A stretch of DNA of 64,000 nucleotides from Candidatus Aminicenantes bacterium (lineage in GTDB: Bacteria; Acidobacteriota; Aminicenantia; Aminicenantales; Saccharicenantaceae), in contig CAVULT010000002.1 in the NCBI GenBank assembly GCA_963742235.1, forward strand, positions 1,201-65,200, read 5' to 3'. A program made the position numbers and the translations under genes. Below are positions 20,510 to 30,755 of this stretch, piece by piece. The notes below the pieces were generated by a model. The model was not told where the DNA came from, ran no database searches, and saw nothing but the letters and a program-made list of their open reading frames with translations. Each line of letters starts with the position of its first letter. The first letter of the stretch is position 1.

Positions 20510-22360
20510 ATGAAAAAGAACGTTCTGGCTGTTGTCCTCGTCTTTGCCGCGATCATCGGCCTGCGGGCCCAGGGTCCGCCGGCGTCGCAGCAGATGAAGC
20601 TCGAGGACGTGCAGAAGGCGCTGAGCCTGGTCGACAAGCCCCAGCCCGCGCCCGACAAGTTCAAGGCGGGCCTTGAGGCCATCACCGCCAAGGACACCCT
20701 GGCGATGCTGTCCTACATTTCCTCCGACCTCATGGAAGGCCGCGAGACCGCGACCCGCGGCTACGCCCTGGCCGCCGAGTACGCCGCCTCCCTCTTCAAG
20801 ATGTGGGGTGTCAAGCCGGCCGGCGACATGCCGGCGATGGGCGGCTTCCGCATGGGCGGCGGCCGGGCCCAGGCGCCTCAGGCGCCGCGCGAGAGGACCT
20901 ATTTCCAGGAATTCGCCATGAAGGAGACCTCGGACTCGCAGACCGCGATCACGATCGAGGTCGGCAAGGGAAGCACGGTCAAGAGCCGCACTTTCCACGG
21001 CGGCCTGGACTTCCAGGGAGGCATGGGCGGGATGGGCGGCGGCACCGAGGGCAGCGTGACCGCTCCCGTCGTCTTCGTCGGCTACGGCATCAGCGAGCCG
21101 ACGATCGGCTTCGACGAGCTCAAGGGCCTCAACCTCAAGGGCAAGATCGTCCTCCTGCTCAGCGACGCCCCCGGCCGGGACAATCCTCTGTCCCCGTTCC
21201 AGGCCAAAAAGGAGCTCAAGGACAAGTACTTCCCGGCGGCGCCCCAGGGCGACATGATGGCCCAGATGATGCGCGGCGGTCCGCAACGCTTCAATAAGCT
21301 CACCGAGATCGCCAAGCTCGAGCCGGCGGCGATCATCCAGGTGACCAACACCGGCAATGACGCCAACATCTACAACGCTCTGTCCTTCGTCCGCAAGCCG
21401 AGCGACGAGCGCCCGATTATCGACAAGCCCCGCCGCAGGCTTTCGCTCGCCGGCGTTGCGGGCGGCGAAATGGGCGGAGGCCGACCTTCGGCCACCACGA
21501 TCACCCGCGAGATGGCCAACTTCCTCCTCGAGGGGACGGGTCAGACGATCGACGCCTTGAAGACGAAGATCGAATCGACAACCAAGCCGGCTTCGATGGA
21601 CATTCCCGGCGCCAAGCTGACCATCGCCACGACGGCCAAGACGGCCCTCGTGCGGGGCACGAACGTCATCGGCGTCATCGAAGGCTCCGACCCCAAGCTC
21701 AAGGACGAGTACTTCGTCGTCGGCGCGCATTACGACCACAATGGCGCCTGGGACGGCTATGTCTTCAACGGCGCGGACGACAACGGCTCCGGCTCGGTCG
21801 GCGTCCTGAACATCGCCAAGGCCATGGCGGCGAGCCCGGTCAAGCCCAAGCGGTCCATTGTCTTCGCCCTGTGGACGGGCGAAGAGGAGGGCCTTCTCGG
21901 GTCGCGCTACTACGCGTTCAACCCCGTCTATCCGATCGAGAAGACCGTCGGCTACCTGAACTACGACATGATCAGCCGGCCCTATGACGCCGAGACGCTC
22001 GCCCGGACCATGCGGGCCTACAACGTCCCCGGGGCCGAGGAGCTGATCAAGAAGGTCCGCGCCCCGTGGTTCGTCAGCGTCAATCTGACCGAGGGCACGC
22101 CCTTCGCCGACATCGCCCGGGAAATGAACCAGTACGTCGGGCTCGACCTGGCCTTCCGCTTCAACGCCCTGGGCGTCGGCGGCGGCGGATCCGACCACGC
22201 GTCCTTCGCCGCGGTCAAGGTCCCCTACGTCTATTACATGGCCGCCATGACGGCCGACTATCATCAGCCGAGCGACAGCGTCGAGAAGGTCAGCGGCGAC
22301 CTCATCGCCAAGATCAGCCAGCACGGCTTCCTGACCGTTTACGCGTTCGCCGACAGATAA
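20510..22360 (+). CDS. M28 family aminopeptidase with PA domain
   Basis: GAHYDH, NGADDNGSG, GEEEGLLGS, NYDM, SDHASF, DYHQPSD; PA domain VFVGYG...GKIVL. Confidence 0.93.
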   Translation: MKKNVLAVVLVFAAIIGLRAQGPPASQQMKLEDVQKALSLVDKPQPAPDKFKAGLEAITAKDTLAMLSYISSDLMEGRETATRGYALAAEYAASLFKMWGVKPAGDMPAMGGFRMGGGRAQAPQAPRERTYFQEFAMKETSDSQTAITIEVGKGSTVKSRTFHGGLDFQGGMGGMGGGTEGSVTAPVVFVGYGISEPTIGFDELKGLNLKGKIVLLLSDAPGRDNPLSPFQAKKELKDKYFPAAPQGDMMAQMMRGGPQRFNKLTEIAKLEPAAIIQVTNTGNDANIYNALSFVRKPSDERPIIDKPRRRLSLAGVAGGEMGGGRPSATTITREMANFLLEGTGQTIDALKTKIESTTKPASMDIPGAKLTIATTAKTALVRGTNVIGVIEGSDPKLKDEYFVVGAHYDHNGAWDGYVFNGADDNGSGSVGVLNIAKAMAASPVKPKRSIVFALWTGEEEGLLGSRYYAFNPVYPIEKTVGYLNYDMISRPYDAETLARTMRAYNVPGAEELIKKVRAPWFVSVNLTEGTPFADIAREMNQYVGLDLAFRFNALGVGGGGSDHASFAAVKVPYVYYMAAMTADYHQPSDSVEKVSGDLIAKISQHGFLTVYAFADR

Positions 22361-22370
22361 GCTCATCTGA

Positions 22371-22408
22371 AGGGGGACGGGCCGGGCGGCCTGTCCCCCT
22401 CTTCTTTT
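22371..22408. terminator. Intrinsic terminator between convergent genes
   Basis: AGGGGGACGGGCC-GGGC-GGCCTGTCCCCCT followed by CTTCTTTT. Confidence 0.7.
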
Positions 22409-24788
22409 AGCGGGGAAAGACGAGGCGGAAGACGCTGCCTTGTCCCGGCGCGCTTTCGAGTTCGACCCGGCCGCCGTGGGCGTCCATGATGTGACGGACG
22501 ATCCTCAGTCCCAGCCCGACGCCCGTCGGGTCGTGTTCGACCGCCCGGCGGGAGCGGAAAAAAGCCTCGAAGATCCTGCCCCGATCCTCCAGCTCGATGC
22601 CCATGCCCTGGTCCTTCACGGCGATGACCGCCGCGGCCGGGCCGTCGCTCAGGCTGACCGTGACCTCTTTTCGTTCGGGGCTGTATTTCAGGGCGTTGTC
22701 GAGGAGATTCAAAACCGCCTGCCGTACGGCATCCCCGTCGGCCCGGACGATGACGGGCGTCGCCGGGGCGTCCACCCGGACCGCCGCCCCGGACTCCTCA
22801 TGGCTTTCTCGAACGAGGTCGGCGACCTCCCGGACGAGAGGACCGAGATCCGTGTCCTCGAGATCATAGACCTTGGCCTCACCCTCGATCTTGCCGAAAT
22901 CGAGGACGTTCCTGAGGAACCGCGTCAACCGGCCGCACTCGCCGGCCAGGAGCGCGAGCAGGCGCTCCCGCTTGGCCGGGTCCGCGACCTTGCCCGAGCG
23001 GAGGAGTCCGGAGAGACCGTTGAGGGACGTGATCGGCGTCCGCAGCTCGTGAGCGACCGATGAGATGAATTCCGTCTTCAGCCGGACGAGCTCCTCCGAT
23101 TTCTCGCGCGAAGCCCGTTCGTAGATCATCGCCTCCTGGATCCTGATCCGCCCCAGATTGACGCCGAGCTCCCCGGCCAGCGTCTCCAGGAGGCCGATGT
23201 CCTCCCTGGTGTAACGGTGCCCCGAGAGCTTCGGACCTAAGACACAAAAGCCCGCCGGCGAACCGGCCCCGCGGGCCAGGGCCAGGACGACCTCGGCTCC
23301 GGCCGATTCGAGCGTATCCCCGCGGGAAAAATCGATGTCCTCGGTGACGCGGACCCGGTCCGCCCGGGCCCAGATGCGGGCGCCCTCCGAGGGAAGCCGC
23401 TCGAGCGTCTCGGCCGCGCCCGGGTCCAGGCCGTAGAGCCGGCGCGGGCCCCCGGCCTCTCCGCCGGACTCGCGCACCAGGACGCCGCGCCCGCTGGTCG
23501 GCAGGACGCGCCCCACTGTCTCGGAATACAGGGCGACGAGACCGTCCGCGTCGATGATCGCCGGCGCCGCCGCGTTGAATCTCTGGATGGCCTTGCGGTA
23601 GTCGTAGGACTGGCGGAAGAAGAGCTTGTCGACAATGTCCTGGATCGTCCTCCTCCCAGGGCTCAGAAAGACGGCGATGAGGACGGCCGCGCCGACCATG
23701 ATGACCACATCTCCCGTGGCCGTAGCCCGGGGGAATAGTCTCCTCAAGCCCTCGACCGCCAGGAGAAAAACGCCCAGGGTGAAGATGGTCAGGATCGAAT
23801 AGACGAGCCCGCGGTGGAAGACGACGTTGACCCGCAGAAGCCGGAACTGGAGGATGGCCATGACCATGAAGACCGGGATGAGCAGGAAGAAGAAAATGGC
23901 GAAATCTTCGGCCAGGAGCGGCCGGTCCCCGAGGACCAGGGGCAGCTGGTTGAAGGCCAGGAACGGCCCGAGCCCGGCGGCCAGGGCGATGAGGTACCAC
24001 TTGATCTGGGCCCGGTCCTCGTCGGAGCCGGGGCTGCGCAGGGCCCTGGCGAACTCGAAGAGCGCCGCAACGCCCGCGAGGATGACATAGAAGCGGAAGA
24101 CATGCTTGAAGACCTCGCGAAGGCGATAGGCCGAAAGCGACGGGCCCAACTCGGAAACCAGGAACGTGGAGCTGAGCAAAATGGCCCAAAGGCCGGGGAG
24201 GGCCCAGAACAGGGCGGGCCTGACACGCGGCCTGGGAGGGGCATAGCTTTGAGCGAACCTGAGCAGGAGGGCCAGGGTGAACGGGTAGGCGAGGTTGAAG
24301 AGGGCGCTCGGCAGAAGGTGCGCCGTCCGGCCCTGGAAGCCGGAGGTCCCGCCCCCGATCGTGACCACCGCCCCGAAGCTCAGGCTGAGCCAATAAAAGA
24401 TGCGCGCCCGGCGGTCGTTCGGCCGGAAGAGGAGAACGACGAATCCGGCCAGGAAGCTCAGGCCGCCCATGAGGGCCAGGGCGAGGGGGAAGGACCGCTC
24501 CGAATAATACGGGATGACGACGTCGCGGACGACGGCCGGGCCGCCGTCGGGGCCGAAGCGGATCTCGATGGGCTCGCCGATCGCTTTCCGGCTGAGGGCG
24601 AAGCGGATATCGGCCGGCCCCCGGACCTCATAGGAGTCGACGCCGACGATGGGACGGGCCAGGTGCTCATCCCTGATCCCCGGCCGGCCCGTCAGATTGA
24701 CCAGGCCGAACAGGGTGATGGCCAAGACGGCCACCCCGCCGAGGAGCGGCGGCAACAAAGAGCCCTTGTTCGAGCCGGGAGCCCTCAT
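22407..24788 (-). CDS. Multi-TM sensor histidine kinase with GAF-like domain; no response regulator nearby
   Basis: FISSVAHELRTP (H-box), NLLDNALKY, DQGMG, GVGLGL, GSVF; many TM helices. Confidence 0.92.
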   Translation of the reverse strand: MRAPGSNKGSLLPPLLGGVAVLAITLFGLVNLTGRPGIRDEHLARPIVGVDSYEVRGPADIRFALSRKAIGEPIEIRFGPDGGPAVVRDVVIPYYSERSFPLALALMGGLSFLAGFVVLLFRPNDRRARIFYWLSLSFGAVVTIGGGTSGFQGRTAHLLPSALFNLAYPFTLALLLRFAQSYAPPRPRVRPALFWALPGLWAILLSSTFLVSELGPSLSAYRLREVFKHVFRFYVILAGVAALFEFARALRSPGSDEDRAQIKWYLIALAAGLGPFLAFNQLPLVLGDRPLLAEDFAIFFFLLIPVFMVMAILQFRLLRVNVVFHRGLVYSILTIFTLGVFLLAVEGLRRLFPRATATGDVVIMVGAAVLIAVFLSPGRRTIQDIVDKLFFRQSYDYRKAIQRFNAAAPAIIDADGLVALYSETVGRVLPTSGRGVLVRESGGEAGGPRRLYGLDPGAAETLERLPSEGARIWARADRVRVTEDIDFSRGDTLESAGAEVVLALARGAGSPAGFCVLGPKLSGHRYTREDIGLLETLAGELGVNLGRIRIQEAMIYERASREKSEELVRLKTEFISSVAHELRTPITSLNGLSGLLRSGKVADPAKRERLLALLAGECGRLTRFLRNVLDFGKIEGEAKVYDLEDTDLGPLVREVADLVRESHEESGAAVRVDAPATPVIVRADGDAVRQAVLNLLDNALKYSPERKEVTVSLSDGPAAAVIAVKDQGMGIELEDRGRIFEAFFRSRRAVEHDPTGVGLGLRIVRHIMDAHGGRVELESAPGQGSVFRLVFPR

Positions 24789-24816
24789 GACCGGCCCCGA
24801 TTATATCACAAGCGTC

Positions 24817-24845
24817 TTTTGACCGGCTCTTGACATCGTCTTGAC
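24817..24845. promoter_or_regulatory. Three TTGAC direct repeats at 11-bp period; candidate OmpR/PhoB-type site
   Basis: TTGAC at 24819, 24830 and 24841 upstream of the kinase. Confidence 0.4.
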
Positions 24846-24954
24846 GGCTCGAAGAGCGGACCCGGTTCCCGGGACCGCGGGGAGAAAGAGCCGCGGGGTT
24901 GCAGGGACGGCGGAAAATAAATTAGAATAAGCGCGGAGGGTTTTCGATAACCGC

Positions 24955-26025
24955 ATGAAGAAGCTCCGTGTCGCGCTCATCTACAACGCCTACACGGACT
25001 CGCAGCCCGACGAAAAGGCCGATACCGGGAGCCTGCACTACCTGCGTCAGATGATCCGCGGCATCGCCCGCGGCCTGCGCCGCTGCCGTCACGAGGTCGT
25101 GGTCATGCCCCTGGCGGGCGACCTGTCCGTCCTCCAGCGCAAGCTCGACCGGCTCCGGCCCGACGTCGTCTTCAACCAGTATGACGACGTCGTCCACGGC
25201 GCGCTCTATGAGATGCGCGTGGCCGCTTTCATCCGCATGCTCGGCTATCCCATGACCGGCTCCCCCGCGCTGGCCCTCGGATTGAGCCGCTACAAGTACA
25301 TGTCCTTGAGCCTGCTCAAGGGCGCCGGCCTGCCCATTCCCCCGTCGACGGCCCTGATCGAGAGGCTGCGGGACCTCGACGACCACAAGTGGACGTTCCC
25401 TCTCATCGTCCACGCCGCCCAGGAACATGCCGGCATCGGGCTCGACAGGAACTCGGTCGTGGAAACCAGGACCGCCCTGAAGGACAAGGCCCGGGAGATC
25501 CTCAGGACCTACAAGCAGCCCGCCCTCGTCCAGCACTTCCTGGAGGGCCGCGAGTTCAACGTCGGCCTCGTCGGCGGCCGGACGCTCCGGGTCATGCCTC
25601 TGGCCGAGGTGGACTACTCGCGCCTGCCGCGGACGATCCCGCCGATCCTGTCCTACGCCGCCAAGTGGGTCGAGACGTCGGTCGAATACAAGCGGACCGA
25701 GGTCATCTGCCCGGCCCGGGTCGATGCCGAGATGACCGCCCTCATCAACCGGACGGCCGTCAAGGCGTTCCGCGCGGTCGGGGGCTGGGGATACGGCCGG
25801 GTCGACATCCGGCTCGATGAGAACGGCCAGCCGGTCATCCTGGAGGTCAACTGCAATCCCTGCCTCGACGACGGCATGGGCCTGGCCCGGTCGGCCGAGA
25901 GGGCCGGGATCGCCTATCCGGAACTCCTCCAGGGCATCGTCAAGGCCGCGTTCGAAGGCCCGCCCTACGACATGCACCTGCCGATCTTCACTTCGCCCAA
26001 TGCGGGGATGGCGAGGGGTCGCTAG
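24955..26025 (+). CDS. D-Ala-D-Ala ligase-like ATP-grasp protein
   Basis: PDVVFN, PMTGS, FLEGREF, YGRVDIR, LEVNCNP. Confidence 0.88.
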   Translation: MKKLRVALIYNAYTDSQPDEKADTGSLHYLRQMIRGIARGLRRCRHEVVVMPLAGDLSVLQRKLDRLRPDVVFNQYDDVVHGALYEMRVAAFIRMLGYPMTGSPALALGLSRYKYMSLSLLKGAGLPIPPSTALIERLRDLDDHKWTFPLIVHAAQEHAGIGLDRNSVVETRTALKDKAREILRTYKQPALVQHFLEGREFNVGLVGGRTLRVMPLAEVDYSRLPRTIPPILSYAAKWVETSVEYKRTEVICPARVDAEMTALINRTAVKAFRAVGGWGYGRVDIRLDENGQPVILEVNCNPCLDDGMGLARSAERAGIAYPELLQGIVKAAFEGPPYDMHLPIFTSPNAGMARGR

Positions 26026-26035
26026 ACGGCGCGCT

Positions 26036-27073
26036 TCAGCCGGTCAGCCGGCCGGTATAGGCGTAGTCGAGGGCCAGAGCGATGACCAGGGACACGACGT
26101 CCATCAGCCTCTCCCCTTCCGCGCCGGGCCGGTAACTGAGCCCGAGGGCGGCCGCCCGGGCCTCGAGCTTGCGCAGGAGGGCCTCGGCCTCGGCCGGAGT
26201 CAGCACGGACCAGTGGACCACCCGTTCGACGAGACGGTCGCGATAGCGCTTGAACAGGGCCGTGGCCGGCCGGAGCACCTGTCCCCGGGAGGCCGGGAAG
26301 GCGTCGTGGAGGCTGTCGTCGACGTAGCCCCGGGCATCGCGGCGGAAGCGCTCGGCCTTCTTCCCGTAATGCTCGGCGAGCGTCACGTTCATGCGGTCCA
26401 CGGGGCGGAAGCGGCGGCCGCGGCGGCTTTCCGGCGCCGCCCCGCGGATGTCCTTCATCAGCCGGTCGACGTAGAGGAGCTTGCGGATGACGGGCCAGTT
26501 CCGGTAGCGCTCGCGCCAATCGGAGCGCGGCGTCAGCCAGACCGCGAAGGTCTCGGCGAAATCCTCGTCCGGGTGCTTTTGGGCGTAGGTCCGGCCATAC
26601 GAGTAGGCGGCGATATGACGGACGTAGCTGCGGCTCGTCCGGTCCGGCCGGAAGGCGTCCCGGTAGGGCTTGGTGAAGGGACCGAAGATCTCCCCCCAGC
26701 TCGTCCGGCGCCAGAGGCGATAGGCGTAGTTCACGGCGTGGCCGGCCTCGTGGCGGAGCAGCATCATGATCGTGTGCGGATCCTCGACCTCGCCGGCCTG
26801 TTCCCCCTCGAGGCGGGCCAACCGCGGATCGGCCAGATAGAAGGGGACGCCGATGACGGGGGTGCGGTCCGGGCAGCCCCAGCTGTCCGTCAGGTAGACC
26901 TCGGGCTTGAAGCGGAGCCTCTTGGCCTCCATTTCGCGGCGCAAGCGGCCGACGTAGCGCTCGAGCGGCGAGCCCTCGACGGTCAGGCGGAGGTCGGAGA
27001 TGCGGGTCTTCAGGAGCTCGAACCTGACGGTTTCCCAGCTCTGGACGAGGGATCGGATAGTCTTGGCGCTCAT
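26036..27073 (-). CDS. Putative zinc-binding metallopeptidase (zincin usually associated with ATP-grasp genes)
   Basis: PFYLA, LRHEAGHA (HExxH), YAQKHPDEDFAETFAVWL. Confidence 0.88.
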   Translation of the reverse strand: MSAKTIRSLVQSWETVRFELLKTRISDLRLTVEGSPLERYVGRLRREMEAKRLRFKPEVYLTDSWGCPDRTPVIGVPFYLADPRLARLEGEQAGEVEDPHTIMMLLRHEAGHAVNYAYRLWRRTSWGEIFGPFTKPYRDAFRPDRTSRSYVRHIAAYSYGRTYAQKHPDEDFAETFAVWLTPRSDWRERYRNWPVIRKLLYVDRLMKDIRGAAPESRRGRRFRPVDRMNVTLAEHYGKKAERFRRDARGYVDDSLHDAFPASRGQVLRPATALFKRYRDRLVERVVHWSVLTPAEAEALLRKLEARAAALGLSYRPGAEGERLMDVVSLVIALALDYAYTGRLTG

Positions 27074-27297
27074 CGCAGAGTGTGAAAATAAGGCATGGGG
27101 GGGACCTTGTCAAGGCGGAATTTCGGCCGGGAGGAGGGCTCCGGCCCGCCCCTCTTGAGGGAGGGCCTCTTTTATGGTAAAATAGTTTATCTCTAGATCA
27201 TCGGACAGAGACGTCACGGAAGAATATTCCCGCCTGAGAGCCCCCCTCGCTGAGGAGATCGTTCCGGCGCTGACCCCCGGTCCAAAAAGGAATCGAC

Positions 27298-28590
27298 ATG
27301 CTTTTCACGGAACTCGGCCTCGATCCCAGGCTGCAACAGGCCATCGCGGATAGAGGCTATACCGAGCTGACCCCCGTCCAGGAGAAGACCCTGGACAGGT
27401 CGCTCAAAGGCCAGGACGTGGCCGTCCAGTCCCAGACCGGGACCGGCAAGACGGCCGCTTTCCTCATCACCCTCTTCGCCCACATGCTCAAGCACCATAA
27501 GTCGGCCCGGCGGAAGGCGCTCATCATCGTCCCCACGCGCGAGCTGGCCGTCCAGATCCAGGGCGAGGCTTTGCTCCTCAACAGGTCCCTGGGACTCGAG
27601 ATCGGCTGCTTTTACGGAGGCGTCGGCTACGCCGTCCAGCTGGCCCAGATCAAGGCCGGCCCGGACATCATCATCGGGACGCCGGGCCGGCTGCTCGACC
27701 TGGCCGAGAAGAAGCGCCTCGACTTCAAGGAGTGCGGCTTTCTCGTCATCGACGAAGCCGACCGCCTTTTCGACATGGGGTTCCTGCCCGACTTGCGGGA
27801 CATCGTCAAGCAGATGCCCGAGCGGACGCGCCGGCAGAGCATGCTCTTCAGCGCCACGCTCAACAAGCTCTCGCAGCGGGTGGCCCAAGCCTACCTCAAC
27901 GACCCGGTCTTCATCGAAGTGACGCCGGAGCATATGACCGTGGACACGATCTCCCAGGAGCTCTACCGGGTCGGCAGCCACATCAAGCTCAACCTGCTCC
28001 TCGGGCTCCTCCAGAGGCGGACCCCGAAGAACGCCCTCATCTTCACCAACATGAAACATACGGCCTTCCTGCTGGCCAAGCAGCTCCAGGCCAACGGCTA
28101 CAGGGCCCACTTCCTCAACGGCGACCTGCCCCAGAACGAGCGGCTCGCGATCATCGAGGGTTTCATGGCCGGCCGGTTCCCGTTCCTCGTGGCCACGGAC
28201 GTGGCCTCGCGCGGGCTGCACATCGAAGATCTCGAGATGGTCATCAACTACGACATCCCCCAGGACTGCGAGAATTACGTCCACCGGATCGGGCGGACGG
28301 CCCGGGCCGGGGCGGAAGGTCTGGCGATCACCCTGGCCAGCGAGAAGACGGCCGACCACCTCGAGGCCATCGAGAAGTTCATCGGCCAGAGGATCCCCGA
28401 ATTCCCGGTGACGAACGACATGTTCGTCCGGGACATGAGCCTGGAGAGACTGGCCGGCCAGCACCTCGAACGGCCCAGGTCCTCGGGACGAAGGGGCGGC
28501 GGGCCGTCCGGAGGACGCGAGCGAGGACCGGGCGGTGGCCGCGGCCGGCATGAGGCCGGCCGAGGTGGACGTCCCCGGCCGACTCATTGA
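27298..28590 (+). CDS. DEAD-box RNA helicase (RhlB-like)
   Basis: Q motif, QTGTGKT, PTRELA, DEAD, SAT, HRIGRTARAG, Arg/Gly-rich tail. Confidence 0.95.
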   Translation: MLFTELGLDPRLQQAIADRGYTELTPVQEKTLDRSLKGQDVAVQSQTGTGKTAAFLITLFAHMLKHHKSARRKALIIVPTRELAVQIQGEALLLNRSLGLEIGCFYGGVGYAVQLAQIKAGPDIIIGTPGRLLDLAEKKRLDFKECGFLVIDEADRLFDMGFLPDLRDIVKQMPERTRRQSMLFSATLNKLSQRVAQAYLNDPVFIEVTPEHMTVDTISQELYRVGSHIKLNLLLGLLQRRTPKNALIFTNMKHTAFLLAKQLQANGYRAHFLNGDLPQNERLAIIEGFMAGRFPFLVATDVASRGLHIEDLEMVINYDIPQDCENYVHRIGRTARAGAEGLAITLASEKTADHLEAIEKFIGQRIPEFPVTNDMFVRDMSLERLAGQHLERPRSSGRRGGGPSGGRERGPGGGRGRHEAGRGGRPRPTH

Positions 28591-28663
28591 CACGCGCCGG
28601 CCGGCCTAATAGAATGGGCGCCTGACCCGGGGGGGCCCGGGGATTCGTGAGCCGAGGTCGCCT

Positions 28664-29773
28664 ATGGATTTGAAGCCGCTGCCCGAGCTGGACAGGATCT
28701 GCGCCGCGTTCGATTGCGCCGGCAGCTGGATCTCGTCCTGCCCTATCCCCTCAGGCCATATCAACGATACCTATTGCTCCGAATTCGATGAGTCGGGGCG
28801 GCGGGTCAAGTACGTCAACCAGAGGATCAATCACCTCGTCTTCCGCGAACCCGAGCTCCTCATGGAGAACATCGAACGGGTGACGAGATTCGCCCGGGAG
28901 CGGATCACCGCGGCCGGCGGAGACCCCGAAAGGGAGACGCTGACCATCGTTCCGGCCCGCGACGGCAGGTCCTACCACCGCACGCCCGAAGGCAGCTATT
29001 GGAGGACCTTCAACTACATCGACGGCGCCCGGACCTACGACCGCGTCGAGGACGTCCGCCACGTCTACGCGGCCTCCAAGGCCTTCGGCCGCTTTCAGGA
29101 GATGCTGGCCAGCCTGCCCGGCGGGCGGCTCCACGAGACGATCCCCGATTTCCACCACACCCGCAAGCGCTGCGACGCCTTCCTCGCGGCGGTCAAGTTC
29201 GATCCGGCCGGGCGGGCCGCCGGGGTCAGGCCGGAGATCGATTTCGTCCTGGCCCGCGAGAAGGACGTCGGTCTCGTCGTCGACGGGCTGAGCTCGGGCC
29301 GCATTCCCGAGCGGGTCACGCACAACGATACCAAGCTCAACAACGTCATGATCGACGACCGGACCGGCGAGGGCATCTGCGTCATCGATCTCGACACGGT
29401 CATGCCGGGCTCGGTCCTCTACGACTTCGGCGACTCGGTCCGGCTCGGGGCGGCCACGGCCGCCGAGGACGAGCGGGACCTCGGCCAGGTCGGCTTCGAT
29501 ATCGGGATGTTCGACCGCCTGGCGGCCGGCTACCTCGAGGCGGTCCGCGGCTTCCTGGTCCCGGCCGAGACCGATCTCCTGGCCTTTTCGGCCAAGCTCC
29601 TGACGCTCGAGTGCGGCATCCGCTTCCTGACCGACCACCTCAAGGGCGATGTCTATTTCAAGATCCATCGCCCCGGCCACAACCTCGACCGGGCCCGGAC
29701 CCAATTCAAGATGGTCGCCGAGATGGAGCGCCAGATGGGCGCGATGGACGCCGTGATCCGCCGCTACCTCTAG
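28664..29773 (+). CDS. Aminoglycoside phosphotransferase family kinase, N-acetylhexosamine 1-kinase-like
   Basis: GHINDTY, QRIN, HETIPDFH, HNDTKLNN, IDLDTVMPG, DFGD, RFLTDHL.GD.YFK. Confidence 0.88.
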   Translation: MDLKPLPELDRICAAFDCAGSWISSCPIPSGHINDTYCSEFDESGRRVKYVNQRINHLVFREPELLMENIERVTRFARERITAAGGDPERETLTIVPARDGRSYHRTPEGSYWRTFNYIDGARTYDRVEDVRHVYAASKAFGRFQEMLASLPGGRLHETIPDFHHTRKRCDAFLAAVKFDPAGRAAGVRPEIDFVLAREKDVGLVVDGLSSGRIPERVTHNDTKLNNVMIDDRTGEGICVIDLDTVMPGSVLYDFGDSVRLGAATAAEDERDLGQVGFDIGMFDRLAAGYLEAVRGFLVPAETDLLAFSAKLLTLECGIRFLTDHLKGDVYFKIHRPGHNLDRARTQFKMVAEMERQMGAMDAVIRRYL

Positions 29774-30717
29774 CGGACCGCGCTCCAAACCGCTTGGCTG
29801 ATCATGATGTCCTGGACGGCGACGCCGGTCAGGTCGGCGACGGTGATCTCGTCGTCGGAAGCGCGCCGCAGGCGGGGGTCCTCGATCACCCGGCCGAGCT
29901 CGGTCAAGCGGTCCCTGCCGATGGCCCCGGCGCGCACGGCCCTGTAGACTTCTCCCCGCAGCTCCGATTGGCTCAGGCTGTCGACGACGACCCGGTCGGC
30001 CCGGGCCAGGATGGCCGCGTCGAGCTCCTGTTTTTCGGCCGTATCGGAGCCGACCGCGGTGATGTGCGTCCCCGGGCGGATCCATTCGGCCCGGAGAAGC
30101 GGCCGGGTCGAGGGCGTGCACGTGACGATGAGGTCGGCGGCCGCGGCGACCTCCTCCGCCCGCAGGGTCGTGCGGATCACGAGGCCGGGCGCTTCCATAT
30201 CCCGGCGGTACGCGGCCAGCTCGGCCGCGTCGACCCCCCAGACGATGGCCTGGCCGAAGCGCCTCACGCGGCGCAGCCATTCGAGCTGCATCCGGCCCTG
30301 GACGCCCGCCCCGAGGATGCCCACGACCGTCACCTCGCGGGGCGCCAGGTACTTCGCGGCGACGGCGCCCGCCACGGCCGTCCGCAGATTCGTCAGGTGG
30401 CCTTCATCGAGGAGGATGGCTTGGAGGACGCCCGTCTTCTGATCGAAGACGAGCATCAGGCCGTCGCCGGAGGGCAGTCCCCGCCGGGGATTGTCGGCGA
30501 ACCCGGAGGCGATCTTGATGACGTAGACGTCGCCGCCCTTGACATAGCCGTACTTGATGTGCACGTCGCCCGGCGGGTCCTCGAAGACGAGCTCCCCGAC
30601 GGGCGGGACGACGACCCGGCCCTGCGAATAGGCGACGAAGCCGTCTTCGATGAGCGGCAAGGGATCGATGGCCGACAGGGCCCTCTTGATCTCGGCGAGC
30701 GGTATCACGGCAGGCAC
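29770..30717 (-). CDS. Ornithine cyclodeaminase/mu-crystallin family protein
   Basis: LTNLRTA, GAGVQG, HITAVGSD...KQELD, DLTGVAVQD; AGGAG RBS before GTG. Confidence 0.9.
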   Translation of the reverse strand: MPAVIPLAEIKRALSAIDPLPLIEDGFVAYSQGRVVVPPVGELVFEDPPGDVHIKYGYVKGGDVYVIKIASGFADNPRRGLPSGDGLMLVFDQKTGVLQAILLDEGHLTNLRTAVAGAVAAKYLAPREVTVVGILGAGVQGRMQLEWLRRVRRFGQAIVWGVDAAELAAYRRDMEAPGLVIRTTLRAEEVAAAADLIVTCTPSTRPLLRAEWIRPGTHITAVGSDTAEKQELDAAILARADRVVVDSLSQSELRGEVYRAVRAGAIGRDRLTELGRVIEDPRLRRASDDEITVADLTGVAVQDIMISQAVWSAVR

Positions 30718-30755
30718 GACGCACTCCTTTGCCCCGGCGCGGGGGCGCCCCCGGC

